DNA from: a virus
Lineage: Duplodnaviria > Heunggongvirae > Uroviricota > Caudoviricetes
Length of the DNA stretch: 26,120 bases
Direction: 5' to 3' (one strand)
IMG/VR virus record: IMGVR_UViG_3300025769_000070
Position 1 is the first letter of the stretch, and every line of letters begins with the position of its first letter. Below the pieces are notes generated by a model that saw nothing but the letters and a program-made list of their open reading frames with translations, was not told the DNA's origin and did no database searches. This document shows positions 15,059 to 24,383 of this stretch, piece by piece. The position numbers and the translations under genes were made by a program.

Positions 15059-15307
15059 ATGACAAACGGCCATAAAGAAATAGAACCGCCATTTAAACCA
15101 GGAACTCAAGTAAAATGTATAAAAGAATCTACAGATGTATGGGTGGATGGAAAAGATATGTTCAATAGTGAATGTATAAAAGATGAAATTTATGATGTAG
15201 AATATTGTATTTTTAGTCCTATTGGATGGCTGATCGCGACACCCCCACCGCATAAAAGTTCTTGTGAAGAATTTTACAAAGCTGAAGATTTTACATCAAA
15301 CTATTAA
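15059..15307 (+). CDS. hypothetical phage protein
   Basis: 82 aa, GGAGG/GAGG upstream; FKPGTQVKCI SH3-like start. Confidence 0.65.
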   Translation: MTNGHKEIEPPFKPGTQVKCIKESTDVWVDGKDMFNSECIKDEIYDVEYCIFSPIGWLIATPPPHKSSCEEFYKAEDFTSNY

Positions 15308-15351
15308 CATAAGACATTGGATAATTTATGGCTTATAAAAAGGAAGGAAAT

Positions 15352-15504
15352 ATGAGTTTCATACCATTTTTTGGAATTTTTTTTGAATGTCGTAAATATC
15401 CGAATATTATAAAGAATAATACACTATACTTGTGGTATAGTCTTTACCACATTGTCTCGGCGGCAATAATCATAACTATAGTTTTAAGGATATCCAATGC
15501 TTAG
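15352..15504 (+). CDS. small membrane protein (50 aa, not in ORF track)
   Basis: AGGAAGGA upstream; MSFIPFFGIFFECRKY...LYHIVSAAIIITIVLRISNA; stop overlaps the next start region. Confidence 0.5.
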   Translation: MSFIPFFGIFFECRKYPNIIKNNTLYLWYSLYHIVSAAIIITIVLRISNA

Positions 15505-15847
15505 ACGAACTTTTCTACACACAGCCGCTTCCGCTTTTGCCGCAGCAACAGTAATGTTTGGTAGTGGAGTAAAGTTCCACAGATCAACACTGGAAACTAA
15601 GATTGTAAATTGGTATGATTTTCTAAAATTTACACCAAAACACACAAAAGACAATGAGACTTTCATTGTTCCTTTAATGTACCGTTCTGAAGAAGATTTT
15701 GAAGAAGTTATTATTAGTATGCATGAGGTCGCTAAAAAGCAATACCCGGAGACTAAAGAATTCTGGACTTACACTATTCTTAATAGTGATGGACGTGTTG
15801 GATTTATTACCAGTAATTTAGAGCTAACAGAGATGATTTTTGCATGA
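15497..15847 (+). CDS. hypothetical protein with Tat-like signal
   Basis: MLRRTFLHTAASAFAAA. Confidence 0.65.
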   Translation: MLRRTFLHTAASAFAAATVMFGSGVKFHRSTLETKIVNWYDFLKFTPKHTKDNETFIVPLMYRSEEDFEEVIISMHEVAKKQYPETKEFWTYTILNSDGRVGFITSNLELTEMIFA

Positions 15848-15868
15848 ACAAAAAATAATGAGTTATAG

Positions 15869-16309
15869 TTAGATAAGCAACAGACAAAATAGAATAAGCC
15901 ACTTTCCTACTGGACATTTCGCAGATTTCCAAGCGGATTTACTTTTTAGATAGCAGCCACATTTTCCGCACCTATCCTGTTCTGGGATATAGAATTCACA
16001 TCCTTTACAGATATCTAACCTCTGTTGTTGAAGCTCATCTTTAGCTTGAGCCATTCCCGTCTTCACATGATCTTTGGCGGCACTAGCCAAGTTTTTTGCC
16101 ATTTCTATTTTAGAAGGCAGAGCTTGTTTATTTCGGCATTCGCCAGAGCATCCATTCTGATTACAAAACATACATTTCTTTACTTCTATAATTTGAGACT
16201 GTTCTACTTCTTTTTCTGTCTTTACTTGTTTTTGATAACAATCAATAAAGTTTTGTCTAGGGTCGAGACCCTCTAAAAGGCACTTATATCCGGTCTCTTT
16301 TTCTTCCAT
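15869..16309 (-). CDS. Cys-rich hypothetical phage protein (RxxICxxC...CxxCGC...CPxGKW)
   Basis: RLDICKGCEFY...RCGKCGCYL...KCPVGKW, a motif common in phage ORFs. Confidence 0.75.
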   Translation of the reverse strand: MEEKETGYKCLLEGLDPRQNFIDCYQKQVKTEKEVEQSQIIEVKKCMFCNQNGCSGECRNKQALPSKIEMAKNLASAAKDHVKTGMAQAKDELQQQRLDICKGCEFYIPEQDRCGKCGCYLKSKSAWKSAKCPVGKWLILFCLLLI

Positions 16310-16360
16310 TTTAAATGCTTTCTGTAATATTTTTAATTATCAATAACACTTTAAGTCTGA

Positions 16361-16903
16361 TTAGGTAAATGTTGCTTTTTCAGTTACTCCAGAACCACTC
16401 CATGACCACCAGAACAACGATAACGTATATCGGTTACCTTGTATTACTTGGTTTACTTTATGTCCTAAGTTTGCTTCAAAGGTTACTAGTCTTCCGGGTT
16501 TTGGTTTGATTGGTTCATGTCCATCAATAGCTAACTCTCCCCCTAGACAATCTGATAAAAATAGAATAGAGCTTGCTTTTCTATACCATCCCGTCATTGG
16601 ATGGACCTCTCCGTCTTTGTGATGTCTTAAGTTTCCCCTCTCAGGAATCCAGTGTAGTCCTGCTCCATACAAGTCAAGATCAGGAAACAGAGTACCTGCT
16701 ATCTCAACGTTTAAACACATTAACTGCAAAAGAATCTTGCAAGGTTCTGAAAGTCTAGAAGCATCTTTTGTAGCATACTTTGTAGAGTTTTCATCTGAAT
16801 ATTTATGCCAGTGAGGCCAGTTAGAAGACGGCATAACCGCCGTCGCTGATCTGATTAACGGCAGCCATTCAGGGAATTCTTTAACAATCAATTGCTTATT
16901 CAT
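16361..16903 (-). CDS. 2OG-Fe(II) oxygenase (prolyl-hydroxylase-like)
   Basis: HxD (HKD), GGEL, H(K)V...R (GHKVNQVIQGNRYTL). Confidence 0.85.
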   Translation of the reverse strand: MNKQLIVKEFPEWLPLIRSATAVMPSSNWPHWHKYSDENSTKYATKDASRLSEPCKILLQLMCLNVEIAGTLFPDLDLYGAGLHWIPERGNLRHHKDGEVHPMTGWYRKASSILFLSDCLGGELAIDGHEPIKPKPGRLVTFEANLGHKVNQVIQGNRYTLSLFWWSWSGSGVTEKATFT

Positions 16904-16915
16904 ATTATCACTTTG

Positions 16916-17464
16916 CTAAGGTTTTTGAGCACAGATAGAAACGCCAAGAAAGCTGGTGGCAATCTTGTTCCAGACTAAGACTGACTCAGGACTGTCAGGT
17001 GTAATGGTGCAAGGTCCATCATAAGCAGTACAAAGAACATTGAGGCCAGAGTCTTTACACATGACACTCAGAGCTTCTGTTGAAAATCTGAAGTAGTCAT
17101 TCGGGTATCCATGAAGAGGGAAAGTTTGATGAGTACCAATGCACAAGACTCCACCGGCCTTTAATGACCTTGCCATTTCATGGATAGCAAGCCAGGGTCT
17201 TTCAATGTGTTCTAGAGTGGCTTGTGAATAGATACCATTAAAGTAATTGCTGAAACTCTTTGGAATTGTTTGCAAGTCAAAGACCTGATCAACTCCTTCA
17301 CCCTTTTCAATATCAGTTGTAATCCATTGAGCATGAGGAACATGAAGCTGATGATTCGGTTGAACAGAACCTTCCCACACTTTTGCTCCTGTCAATAGAA
17401 TCTTAGGGGATTCAATTGTTGACATGACTCTTTTGAACTCATCGACTGGATGTATCTTAGACAC
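16916..17464 (-). CDS. class I SAM-dependent methyltransferase-like protein
   Basis: WITTDIEKGEGVD..., ATLEHIERPWLAIHEMARSLKAGG, HGYPNDYFRF. Confidence 0.8.
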   Translation of the reverse strand: MSKIHPVDEFKRVMSTIESPKILLTGAKVWEGSVQPNHQLHVPHAQWITTDIEKGEGVDQVFDLQTIPKSFSNYFNGIYSQATLEHIERPWLAIHEMARSLKAGGVLCIGTHQTFPLHGYPNDYFRFSTEALSVMCKDSGLNVLCTAYDGPCTITPDSPESVLVWNKIATSFLGVSICAQKP

Positions 17465-18734
17465 TGGCTTCTTCTACTTTCTTTAAGTGAGATTTTTCCC
17501 ATTCAAGAAAAGCATCTCGTGGTTGATTTTCTAGTTTATACATATCGTCAACATTGTCACCAAAAATACAATATGATTTGTTAAGTGGAATCACATCTCC
17601 TGGAAGAGATTCAGTCCCCCAGTACCTATCTTTAATTTTTGGGATACCTTGTTTGAAAAACTCAGAAGCTCTCAAAGAATAGAATGTGCCTGAGTAGTGG
17701 TAGCGATATTTACATCCAAAGTGTTTACCAAGTCTTCTGAAGCTTCCTGCAACTATATAGCCTTTAGAAAGAGCATCTTCAATTTCTTGAGGATTGCCTA
17801 CAACAGTAGCATACATTGCTTCCGTCCACCAGTTAATAACTTCACTTTCTCTTGTATGTTGTTGAGCACCTTTCGCATGAGCACACGTAATAATTGTGTT
17901 TTCGCCTTCATTGGCAACCATTGGAAACATTTTCCTGTATCCAACAACTTCCCTTAACTTAGGATCATTCTTGACACTGATATGCTCCCAGCCATCATCA
18001 AAGATACTCTTAACATCTGGATGGTTACCTTCAGTGTTGTAGGCACAACACATGATCTTTCGGTCATACCCAGTTGCATACTTTTTCAAGAGTTCTTTGT
18101 GTCGTTGAATGTCACAATTTTCCCATAGATAAAATAACAGGATTCTTTTTACTGGTCCTATGAATGGCTGAGGTTCTAAGTCAGAATTCTTTGATTCTAG
18201 TAAAGACTTAGAATCAGACTTTGTGAATGAAACAGATTTTCTTGATTCAATGAAGTCTTCAAATGCTTCCTCTCCACCAAATTGACAGGAAGAACACTTA
18301 GCCGCTCCCGCTACAGTCAAAGCTAATGAGCATTCTTTTCGGTTTGTCTCTGGATGCTTACACTCAAAAACTGGAATGACAAATGAACCTCTGCATGGAA
18401 CACATTTATGGTCTCTTAGTTTTTCCCCTCGATATTCACAAGGAATATCATCAGAAGTTATGCTTGCCAAAATTGACTTAGGTTGATTGGATTTGGCGGT
18501 TGTTCTTTCAGTGAATTTAACACCAGTCCCCGAAGTGATTGTGACTACTGAATCACCTGAAGCATCTTTCAGGTCAGACTCTTGGCGTTCCTTGAGCCAG
18601 CCTTTCTGATAGACACTTGTCACAGACAAAGGACAATTTACTCCTTGGCATATTTGTTTTTCCCGCTTTGACATTTCACGTTTGAATTGTTCGCACCATC
18701 CAGACGCACTATCACATTTACAAGGCTTATTCAT
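17457..18734 (-). CDS. hypothetical protein: Cys-rich N-terminal half plus HAKG-motif C-terminal domain
   Basis: multiple CxxC/CxC motifs; TCAHAKG...HYSGTFYSLR. Confidence 0.7.
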   Translation of the reverse strand: MNKPCKCDSASGWCEQFKREMSKREKQICQGVNCPLSVTSVYQKGWLKERQESDLKDASGDSVVTITSGTGVKFTERTTAKSNQPKSILASITSDDIPCEYRGEKLRDHKCVPCRGSFVIPVFECKHPETNRKECSLALTVAGAAKCSSCQFGGEEAFEDFIESRKSVSFTKSDSKSLLESKNSDLEPQPFIGPVKRILLFYLWENCDIQRHKELLKKYATGYDRKIMCCAYNTEGNHPDVKSIFDDGWEHISVKNDPKLREVVGYRKMFPMVANEGENTIITCAHAKGAQQHTRESEVINWWTEAMYATVVGNPQEIEDALSKGYIVAGSFRRLGKHFGCKYRYHYSGTFYSLRASEFFKQGIPKIKDRYWGTESLPGDVIPLNKSYCIFGDNVDDMYKLENQPRDAFLEWEKSHLKKVEEASV

Positions 18735-20320
18735 AAAGTCACCCTGATTGTTATATTCTCAGAACAGTAGCAGATGTCAGACATGTTCCCCGGAGCGGGA
18801 ATTACAAAGTCTAACTGAAAGGGATTGCAAGATGCAGTGGTGACTTGATGCACGAAATCCCACTGCCCTTCAAACGAAACGAATCTACCGTAGATGTAGT
18901 AGTTACCAGGCAGAGATTCATCAGGTGGGTCTTCTCCACAGTCCGGGGTAACGTAAAAGATCCCCAAAGTGTCAAACTCGAAGGCTCTTGTAGTGTTTAA
19001 GCATGATCCATTTAACAGATTGGTGATAGAGCTTCCTGGTCCGAAATATCTGTACGCGATCCAATTTTGACAGTATAGAGGATAGCCGAAGTCGCTAGGA
19101 GTCACTGATGCAGAAACACTGTATCCCCAAGTTGTCGGTCCCATAGTGTAGATTTCACTGGCACAGTCCGAGATGATTTCAGCGTATAGCGTTGGCGGAA
19201 TACACTGAGTAAATCCGGTAATTGGTGAAATCTTCGCCGCGAGACACGCCCCCGGGCAAAGACTGTCTGGCGGATCAAGACATAGACAGTCTTCGCTTAT
19301 TGAAAATACGTCCAACAGTCCTTCAATGTACGTGTCAGTGTCTGGAACCTCTGTGTCACCGAGAGTTACATCGCACCTCTTGACGTAGTTTCTGGGTGGT
19401 CCACCATTCAGTTCTATTCGAGTCAATGCCAGTGTAGTCTCAAACGTGCCTGCGTCAGACTCTACTCGCCAGATTATCTCGCATTGGTTATTTAGAACAC
19501 CAATGACGGTCACTTCGTCTGCCCCGTATGGGTCACCGCGGTCCACCTCAAAGACCTCTGGGCCATACACACAATCTACAAGAGTTAGTTTATACCTTCG
19601 GGTGGAGTATCCGTCGCACACGTTATAGGCAGTGTATGTCAGGCATACTTCTTCGGGGATGCACTGGCAAGGTGACAAGTACCAACAAAATTCATCTGCC
19701 TCCAAATCACCATCAGCCACTTGTGAAGCGAAGTCAGCCCCGAAAGTCCTTATTGCTGTTTCGCTTGCAACCGACAATTCTGGGCGATCACAATTTTCAA
19801 TAGGTAAATCTGGCGGATCGCTTCTTGGGTTCATTTTTATCAGAGAGCACGGCGGCGGCTCCCCAAGAGAAAGATCGCCTCGTTGCCCGCTGTTTGAAAT
19901 GCCGCCACGAGCAGACACTGTCAAAAGGCCAGTCACTTCGACTGGTGGATAGTCGTCAGTGAACAGGGAGAATGCCTGGTTTGTGAACCCAACTTCAAAA
20001 TTATCACCACATTTCGAGAAGGACACCGAGTCTTCGCCAAGCACAACGTTCATTGTGAAGCAGCACTCGTCATCAACGATGTGAAGATCAAACGAAATTG
20101 CTAGTGTAACATCACCGCAAGTCAGGTTCACAGACTGGTAACCATCTTCACGGCAAAGATAAAACGAGTTAGCTGAAGCGAACTGGCAGCACTCAACACC
20201 GCCTGTGAATTCAACCTTGACACACAGCAGCTCTGGCAGGCATTTCGTGCAGCCGACAACGTTATGCTTTACGAAGCAATCACAACAGCAGCAACTGCCT
20301 ACTGGTTTAAGTTTAGCCAT
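18731..20320 (-). CDS. large Cys-rich protein, putative tail-fibre/virion appendage (start revised to 20320)
   Basis: MAKLKPVGSCCCCDC start overlaps the upstream TAA (TAATG); beta-rich, acidic; GC around 50% or more in the lines counted. Confidence 0.7.
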   Translation of the reverse strand: MAKLKPVGSCCCCDCFVKHNVVGCTKCLPELLCVKVEFTGGVECCQFASANSFYLCREDGYQSVNLTCGDVTLAISFDLHIVDDECCFTMNVVLGEDSVSFSKCGDNFEVGFTNQAFSLFTDDYPPVEVTGLLTVSARGGISNSGQRGDLSLGEPPPCSLIKMNPRSDPPDLPIENCDRPELSVASETAIRTFGADFASQVADGDLEADEFCWYLSPCQCIPEEVCLTYTAYNVCDGYSTRRYKLTLVDCVYGPEVFEVDRGDPYGADEVTVIGVLNNQCEIIWRVESDAGTFETTLALTRIELNGGPPRNYVKRCDVTLGDTEVPDTDTYIEGLLDVFSISEDCLCLDPPDSLCPGACLAAKISPITGFTQCIPPTLYAEIISDCASEIYTMGPTTWGYSVSASVTPSDFGYPLYCQNWIAYRYFGPGSSITNLLNGSCLNTTRAFEFDTLGIFYVTPDCGEDPPDESLPGNYYIYGRFVSFEGQWDFVHQVTTASCNPFQLDFVIPAPGNMSDICYCSENITIRVTL

Positions 20321-21297
20321 TATGGACACCCTGCCTGACAGCACATATACAAGACGACCCACTGACATTCTTCTGTGTCGTATGGATCACACATTGAAGT
20401 TGTTTTCATCTTCGTGGCGAAGCCGTATGCACCAAGAAGAAGAATAGGGTCAATGTTGAATTGACAGCCTGCTTCATCTTGAACGATAATTTCATCACCA
20501 ACATTAACACCAGCTCCACCGCAAGGTATTAGTTTAACAGTAGCAGTAACACAGCCCGTGCCAGCTTCATCAGAGTCAGTAACTTCAAACATAATAATTG
20601 ATCCACCACCACCAGCAGACCAAACCTTTCTTTCATCATCCCATCTTAAGTCTACGGGTCCAGTTTTCCATATATTAGGATTCCTAAAAGCTCCACTTGC
20701 AAATATATTAGGATTTTTTGTATCTGCCGGTACTGGTTTTTGGTCAGTGTCATAGCCCCAACCAGAAAGAACCATCGGTGCTCTTAGTCCAATAGATTTG
20801 ACTCCATCATAAGTAAAAGTCCCATTTTCATAAAGATCTTTTACAAAAGAAGCGTCTCCTGTTGTGCCATTACCGGCAGCTTGCCAAGTATTTGCAATTT
20901 GAATATTATGACCGCTACGAGCAAACCTATCATTATTTATTGTTTGAGAAACACCAGCATCAAAAATATTATTTGGATTAAATGGGTCTAATGTATAAGA
21001 ATTAGGTTCTGTAAGATTTGTAGGATCTTCAAAGTGGGGTAGTTCAGAATGCCAAGAAGCTGTAGTATACGGAGAAAAGATTGTATCAAATCCAGCCAGA
21101 CCTTTATTATCTACATCAGTACCAACATCTTGAATTGCGGCAGGAATAGACATTGCAGCAACTTCAATAGATTGGATATTACCACTTGAAGACCCACCAT
21201 TTTGTATATAAACAGGAGTAGATCTTCCAACAAAAGCAAAAGATGCAGTGCCTAAAGAATCCGTAAGTCCATTATTTAATTCTACTCTATCTGTCAT
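20320..21297 (-). CDS. putative virion/tail protein
   Basis: 325 aa in the - strand block; WKTGPVDLRWD motif then GGGG linker and a Cys-rich tail. Confidence 0.6.
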   Translation of the reverse strand: MTDRVELNNGLTDSLGTASFAFVGRSTPVYIQNGGSSSGNIQSIEVAAMSIPAAIQDVGTDVDNKGLAGFDTIFSPYTTASWHSELPHFEDPTNLTEPNSYTLDPFNPNNIFDAGVSQTINNDRFARSGHNIQIANTWQAAGNGTTGDASFVKDLYENGTFTYDGVKSIGLRAPMVLSGWGYDTDQKPVPADTKNPNIFASGAFRNPNIWKTGPVDLRWDDERKVWSAGGGGSIIMFEVTDSDEAGTGCVTATVKLIPCGGAGVNVGDEIIVQDEAGCQFNIDPILLLGAYGFATKMKTTSMCDPYDTEECQWVVLYMCCQAGCP

Positions 21298-21305
21298 TTT
21301 ATATC

Positions 21306-24300
21306 CTATTTTACCAAATTAGCTATTGATTTGATTTTGTTGCCTAATTTTGAGATATTATCAATAAACCGTTTATTTGTTCTTCCTAATCTAGGAGCAA
21401 AAGTTTTCATATTGTATGTAGTTTTTATATCTGTCGCACTAATATTTACAGATATATCTGAAACCAAAGGTCCATTAGTTACTAAAGAAGCTCCTAAATT
21501 TGTCACTGAAGGAAGACCCGGAGATGTGACAGATCCTTGTTCTGTAAATAAGAAGTTAAAATTGTCTACAGTATTAGCTTTTGCTTGACCAACAAGATTC
21601 AAACCAGCTAAACCAGAAGTCAAAGTATAACTAGTTCCTCCAATGGTTATTGTCGCTGGAATAATATAATTTTCTGGTACTAAATTAAGATCTTGTTCAT
21701 ATTCAATTTTTGCAGAATAATCTAAAGTTATATTATCTGTTACCCAAGGACCATAAATAAATCTGTTTGACTGTTGAGGTATACCAAATGATCTAGGTGC
21801 TACTATAGCAGGAAATGGACCTTTGAAGTTTACATCTCCTCCTTGTATATTCTTATTAGACTGTTCATTATTAGAAGAACTAAACCCAGCAGAGGCTATA
21901 AGACTACTATTAGAACCAGCAGAATCTCCACCTGCACTTTCAGTATACAAAGGTCTATAGACCCTTTCTGTTTGACATATAGCATAAGGTATCATACCTA
22001 CTCCATTTTCTGATATAACCGACCCAGCACCAGTTAAATAATTAATCGCAGAAGTGACATTCGCTGTATCAATTCCTACAGCTAGAGGTTTGTTATTCAT
22101 TATGCCACTGCCCGAAAGAAGATTGGTGAAATTAGCCCTGTCATAGTTAGTGAAATAGGTTGAAGGCAAAAAGAGATAATCTTTATCTAATTCTAATGGA
22201 AAAGAAAAGATATAATCGGAAGCGATTTGAGTTTGGGCAAATTTCTGACCTTTATACTCTGAAAAATCATTGTTTACAGATACGCTATTATATATATTCG
22301 ACGATGTAAAATTAGAATTAAAATTGACATAAGAAGAAAGTCTTCCGTCTTTAACGAAGTAGGGACTTTGAGGTGCTTCGTATGCGGCAAAATTAGCTGG
22401 TTCTAAGTATGCAGAATCTGATAAGTCCCAAGACCTAACGAAATCAGCAATCACCGATTCTTCATTTTCATCGACTTTGGTTGTAAATGCAGGCTGTTTA
22501 ACTACCCAGCTTTTGCCGTAATGATCTTTTCCAATAGTTGAAATCTTGCCATGAAGCATCTGTAAAAACCTTTGAGCCTGTACATTAGCCTGAGCATTAA
22601 TAGGGTCACTTGGATCAATATTCGTAGTAACGGCATTAGAGGATGAAGTAGAATATTTTTGAATAGTAGAGAGAGCACTTGCTTGATAAGCCGCTCCTGC
22701 CCAAGTATAACCACCAGCGGAAGTTAAGAATGGTTGATATGGTGTTCTTAAGGGTTGAGCAAAATGAGTTTGCATACTATTTAATTTTGCTGGTTTGATA
22801 TGAGTTAGAAAATGAATCCAAGTATCAAAAGAATTCATTGCGTATCTCATTTCCTTAAGGCTACATGCATATATTCCAGTTAAAATAGCTCCTGTCATAT
22901 CTCCAGTGCCCACAATATCTTGACAGTCAATCATTATACAATCGACTATATCATTTGGATCTAAAATTTTAGTAACAACAGGTATGCCTCGTTTAGCCGT
23001 ATCAGATGCAGTAGCACTAGCTCCGTAATTATTCAGTCTTTTAATTTCCCCCCAATACTGGTATACATCACTACCATTATTTTCAATAAAGCCAATTCTT
23101 GACTGAAAACCCCCTGTTATCATTTTTCCAGCTACGGCACCTTCATTAAGCGACACACTTAATTGGGTAGAAGTATATCTCTCTAGTTCATCAGTTGATA
23201 TATCCTCAAAAGTAGCTACTCCACCAAATGGAGAAGATGCAATAGCTGGTCCACCAGGATGTACAACTCCAGTTGTCCAAGCAAAATCTAAAGGTAAATC
23301 AGCACCGCCAAATCCATTAGAAAAGGCAGCACTAAACGAACTTGGAATATATCCTCCATTCTTGTCAGAAATTTCTCTTTGGACAATAAACTTTGAAAGT
23401 GGAAATTTGTTTGAACCATATTGATTTCTGTTTTGTGTAATTATATGAATTTCGCCACCAAAAGTTCCAATCTCAGAATTACTAGGTGGTGAAGCGACCC
23501 CATATGGGCCAGTAATAGTAGGATCTCCTAAACCTACAGGCTTTTTAAGATCTACCATATAAACATGATTTATCTCAGTACATAATTCATCTACAAAATC
23601 CATTAGAGTTGTAGATTTTACTCTATAGTCATATGGTATAAAAGAAGAGACTTGGCTGATAAATCCATTTATATCAAAAGTATAATAATAAGGCTGTGGT
23701 GCTGTGGGAGAATTAGTCCATTGATCAGCACCATAAATTATAGGACGACCAAGTTCTGGATTAGAGGTTGTATTATTGACGTTGATTAATTCGTCAATAG
23801 CAGCTACAAATCGATCTAACCTCATCCCGTCTTCATTAACTTGAGAGGCACCAAAACCTTTAGGTGTAGATAATCCATAATCGTCGTTTTCAAATACTCC
23901 AAAAGGATTTAAGACATTATAAACATTGTTAAAATTGACTAATGGGTTTATATGTCCAAAATCTAAACTACTAGAAGTATTGGGTGCTACAGCTTCTGTA
24001 GCATTGCCAGCACCAGCATAATCTTCCGTAATAATAGAACAAGAGCTTAACAAAACTGTAGGAGTTTGAAGTACTGCGGAATAAGTTCTATCTCCATTCG
24101 AAGAAACGTTTCTTGATATATCCTTCAATATACCATAAAAACAAAATACTAAATCCCCGCTATTATCTACAATCTCAAAATATTGAGGAGACCCAATAAC
24201 AGAGGTTGTGCTAATTCTTTCTCCTTCGTCTTCTATCAAATTAATACTACATACGCCGCCTTGAGAGTCCCAACTAGAATTACAACTAAAATCTATAACG

Positions 24301-24380
24301 GTGGCACCTAAAAAAGTTTGAGTACCAATATCAGGATTAGCTACTGCTGTATCTGTTCCAATTACAATTCTATCCGTCAT
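21306..24380 (-). CDS. large putative virion structural (tail/baseplate hub-like) protein
   Basis: 1024 aa, S/T/G/N-rich beta-type composition; position downstream of a tape-measure-like C-terminus. Confidence 0.6.
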   Translation of the reverse strand: MTDRIVIGTDTAVANPDIGTQTFLGATVIDFSCNSSWDSQGGVCSINLIEDEGERISTTSVIGSPQYFEIVDNSGDLVFCFYGILKDISRNVSSNGDRTYSAVLQTPTVLLSSCSIITEDYAGAGNATEAVAPNTSSSLDFGHINPLVNFNNVYNVLNPFGVFENDDYGLSTPKGFGASQVNEDGMRLDRFVAAIDELINVNNTTSNPELGRPIIYGADQWTNSPTAPQPYYYTFDINGFISQVSSFIPYDYRVKSTTLMDFVDELCTEINHVYMVDLKKPVGLGDPTITGPYGVASPPSNSEIGTFGGEIHIITQNRNQYGSNKFPLSKFIVQREISDKNGGYIPSSFSAAFSNGFGGADLPLDFAWTTGVVHPGGPAIASSPFGGVATFEDISTDELERYTSTQLSVSLNEGAVAGKMITGGFQSRIGFIENNGSDVYQYWGEIKRLNNYGASATASDTAKRGIPVVTKILDPNDIVDCIMIDCQDIVGTGDMTGAILTGIYACSLKEMRYAMNSFDTWIHFLTHIKPAKLNSMQTHFAQPLRTPYQPFLTSAGGYTWAGAAYQASALSTIQKYSTSSSNAVTTNIDPSDPINAQANVQAQRFLQMLHGKISTIGKDHYGKSWVVKQPAFTTKVDENEESVIADFVRSWDLSDSAYLEPANFAAYEAPQSPYFVKDGRLSSYVNFNSNFTSSNIYNSVSVNNDFSEYKGQKFAQTQIASDYIFSFPLELDKDYLFLPSTYFTNYDRANFTNLLSGSGIMNNKPLAVGIDTANVTSAINYLTGAGSVISENGVGMIPYAICQTERVYRPLYTESAGGDSAGSNSSLIASAGFSSSNNEQSNKNIQGGDVNFKGPFPAIVAPRSFGIPQQSNRFIYGPWVTDNITLDYSAKIEYEQDLNLVPENYIIPATITIGGTSYTLTSGLAGLNLVGQAKANTVDNFNFLFTEQGSVTSPGLPSVTNLGASLVTNGPLVSDISVNISATDIKTTYNMKTFAPRLGRTNKRFIDNISKLGNKIKSIANLVK

Positions 24381-24383
24381 ATT

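Noticed and set aside
14964-15062. 32-codon open frame continuing after the DUF1501 stop (readthrough or gene remnant)
   Set aside because: No start codon or supporting motif, and TAA stops are used normally elsewhere; an open frame of this length can occur by chance.
15847-15869. Intrinsic terminator at the convergent junction
   Set aside because: The gap is only about 21 bp and contains no convincing GC-rich hairpin.
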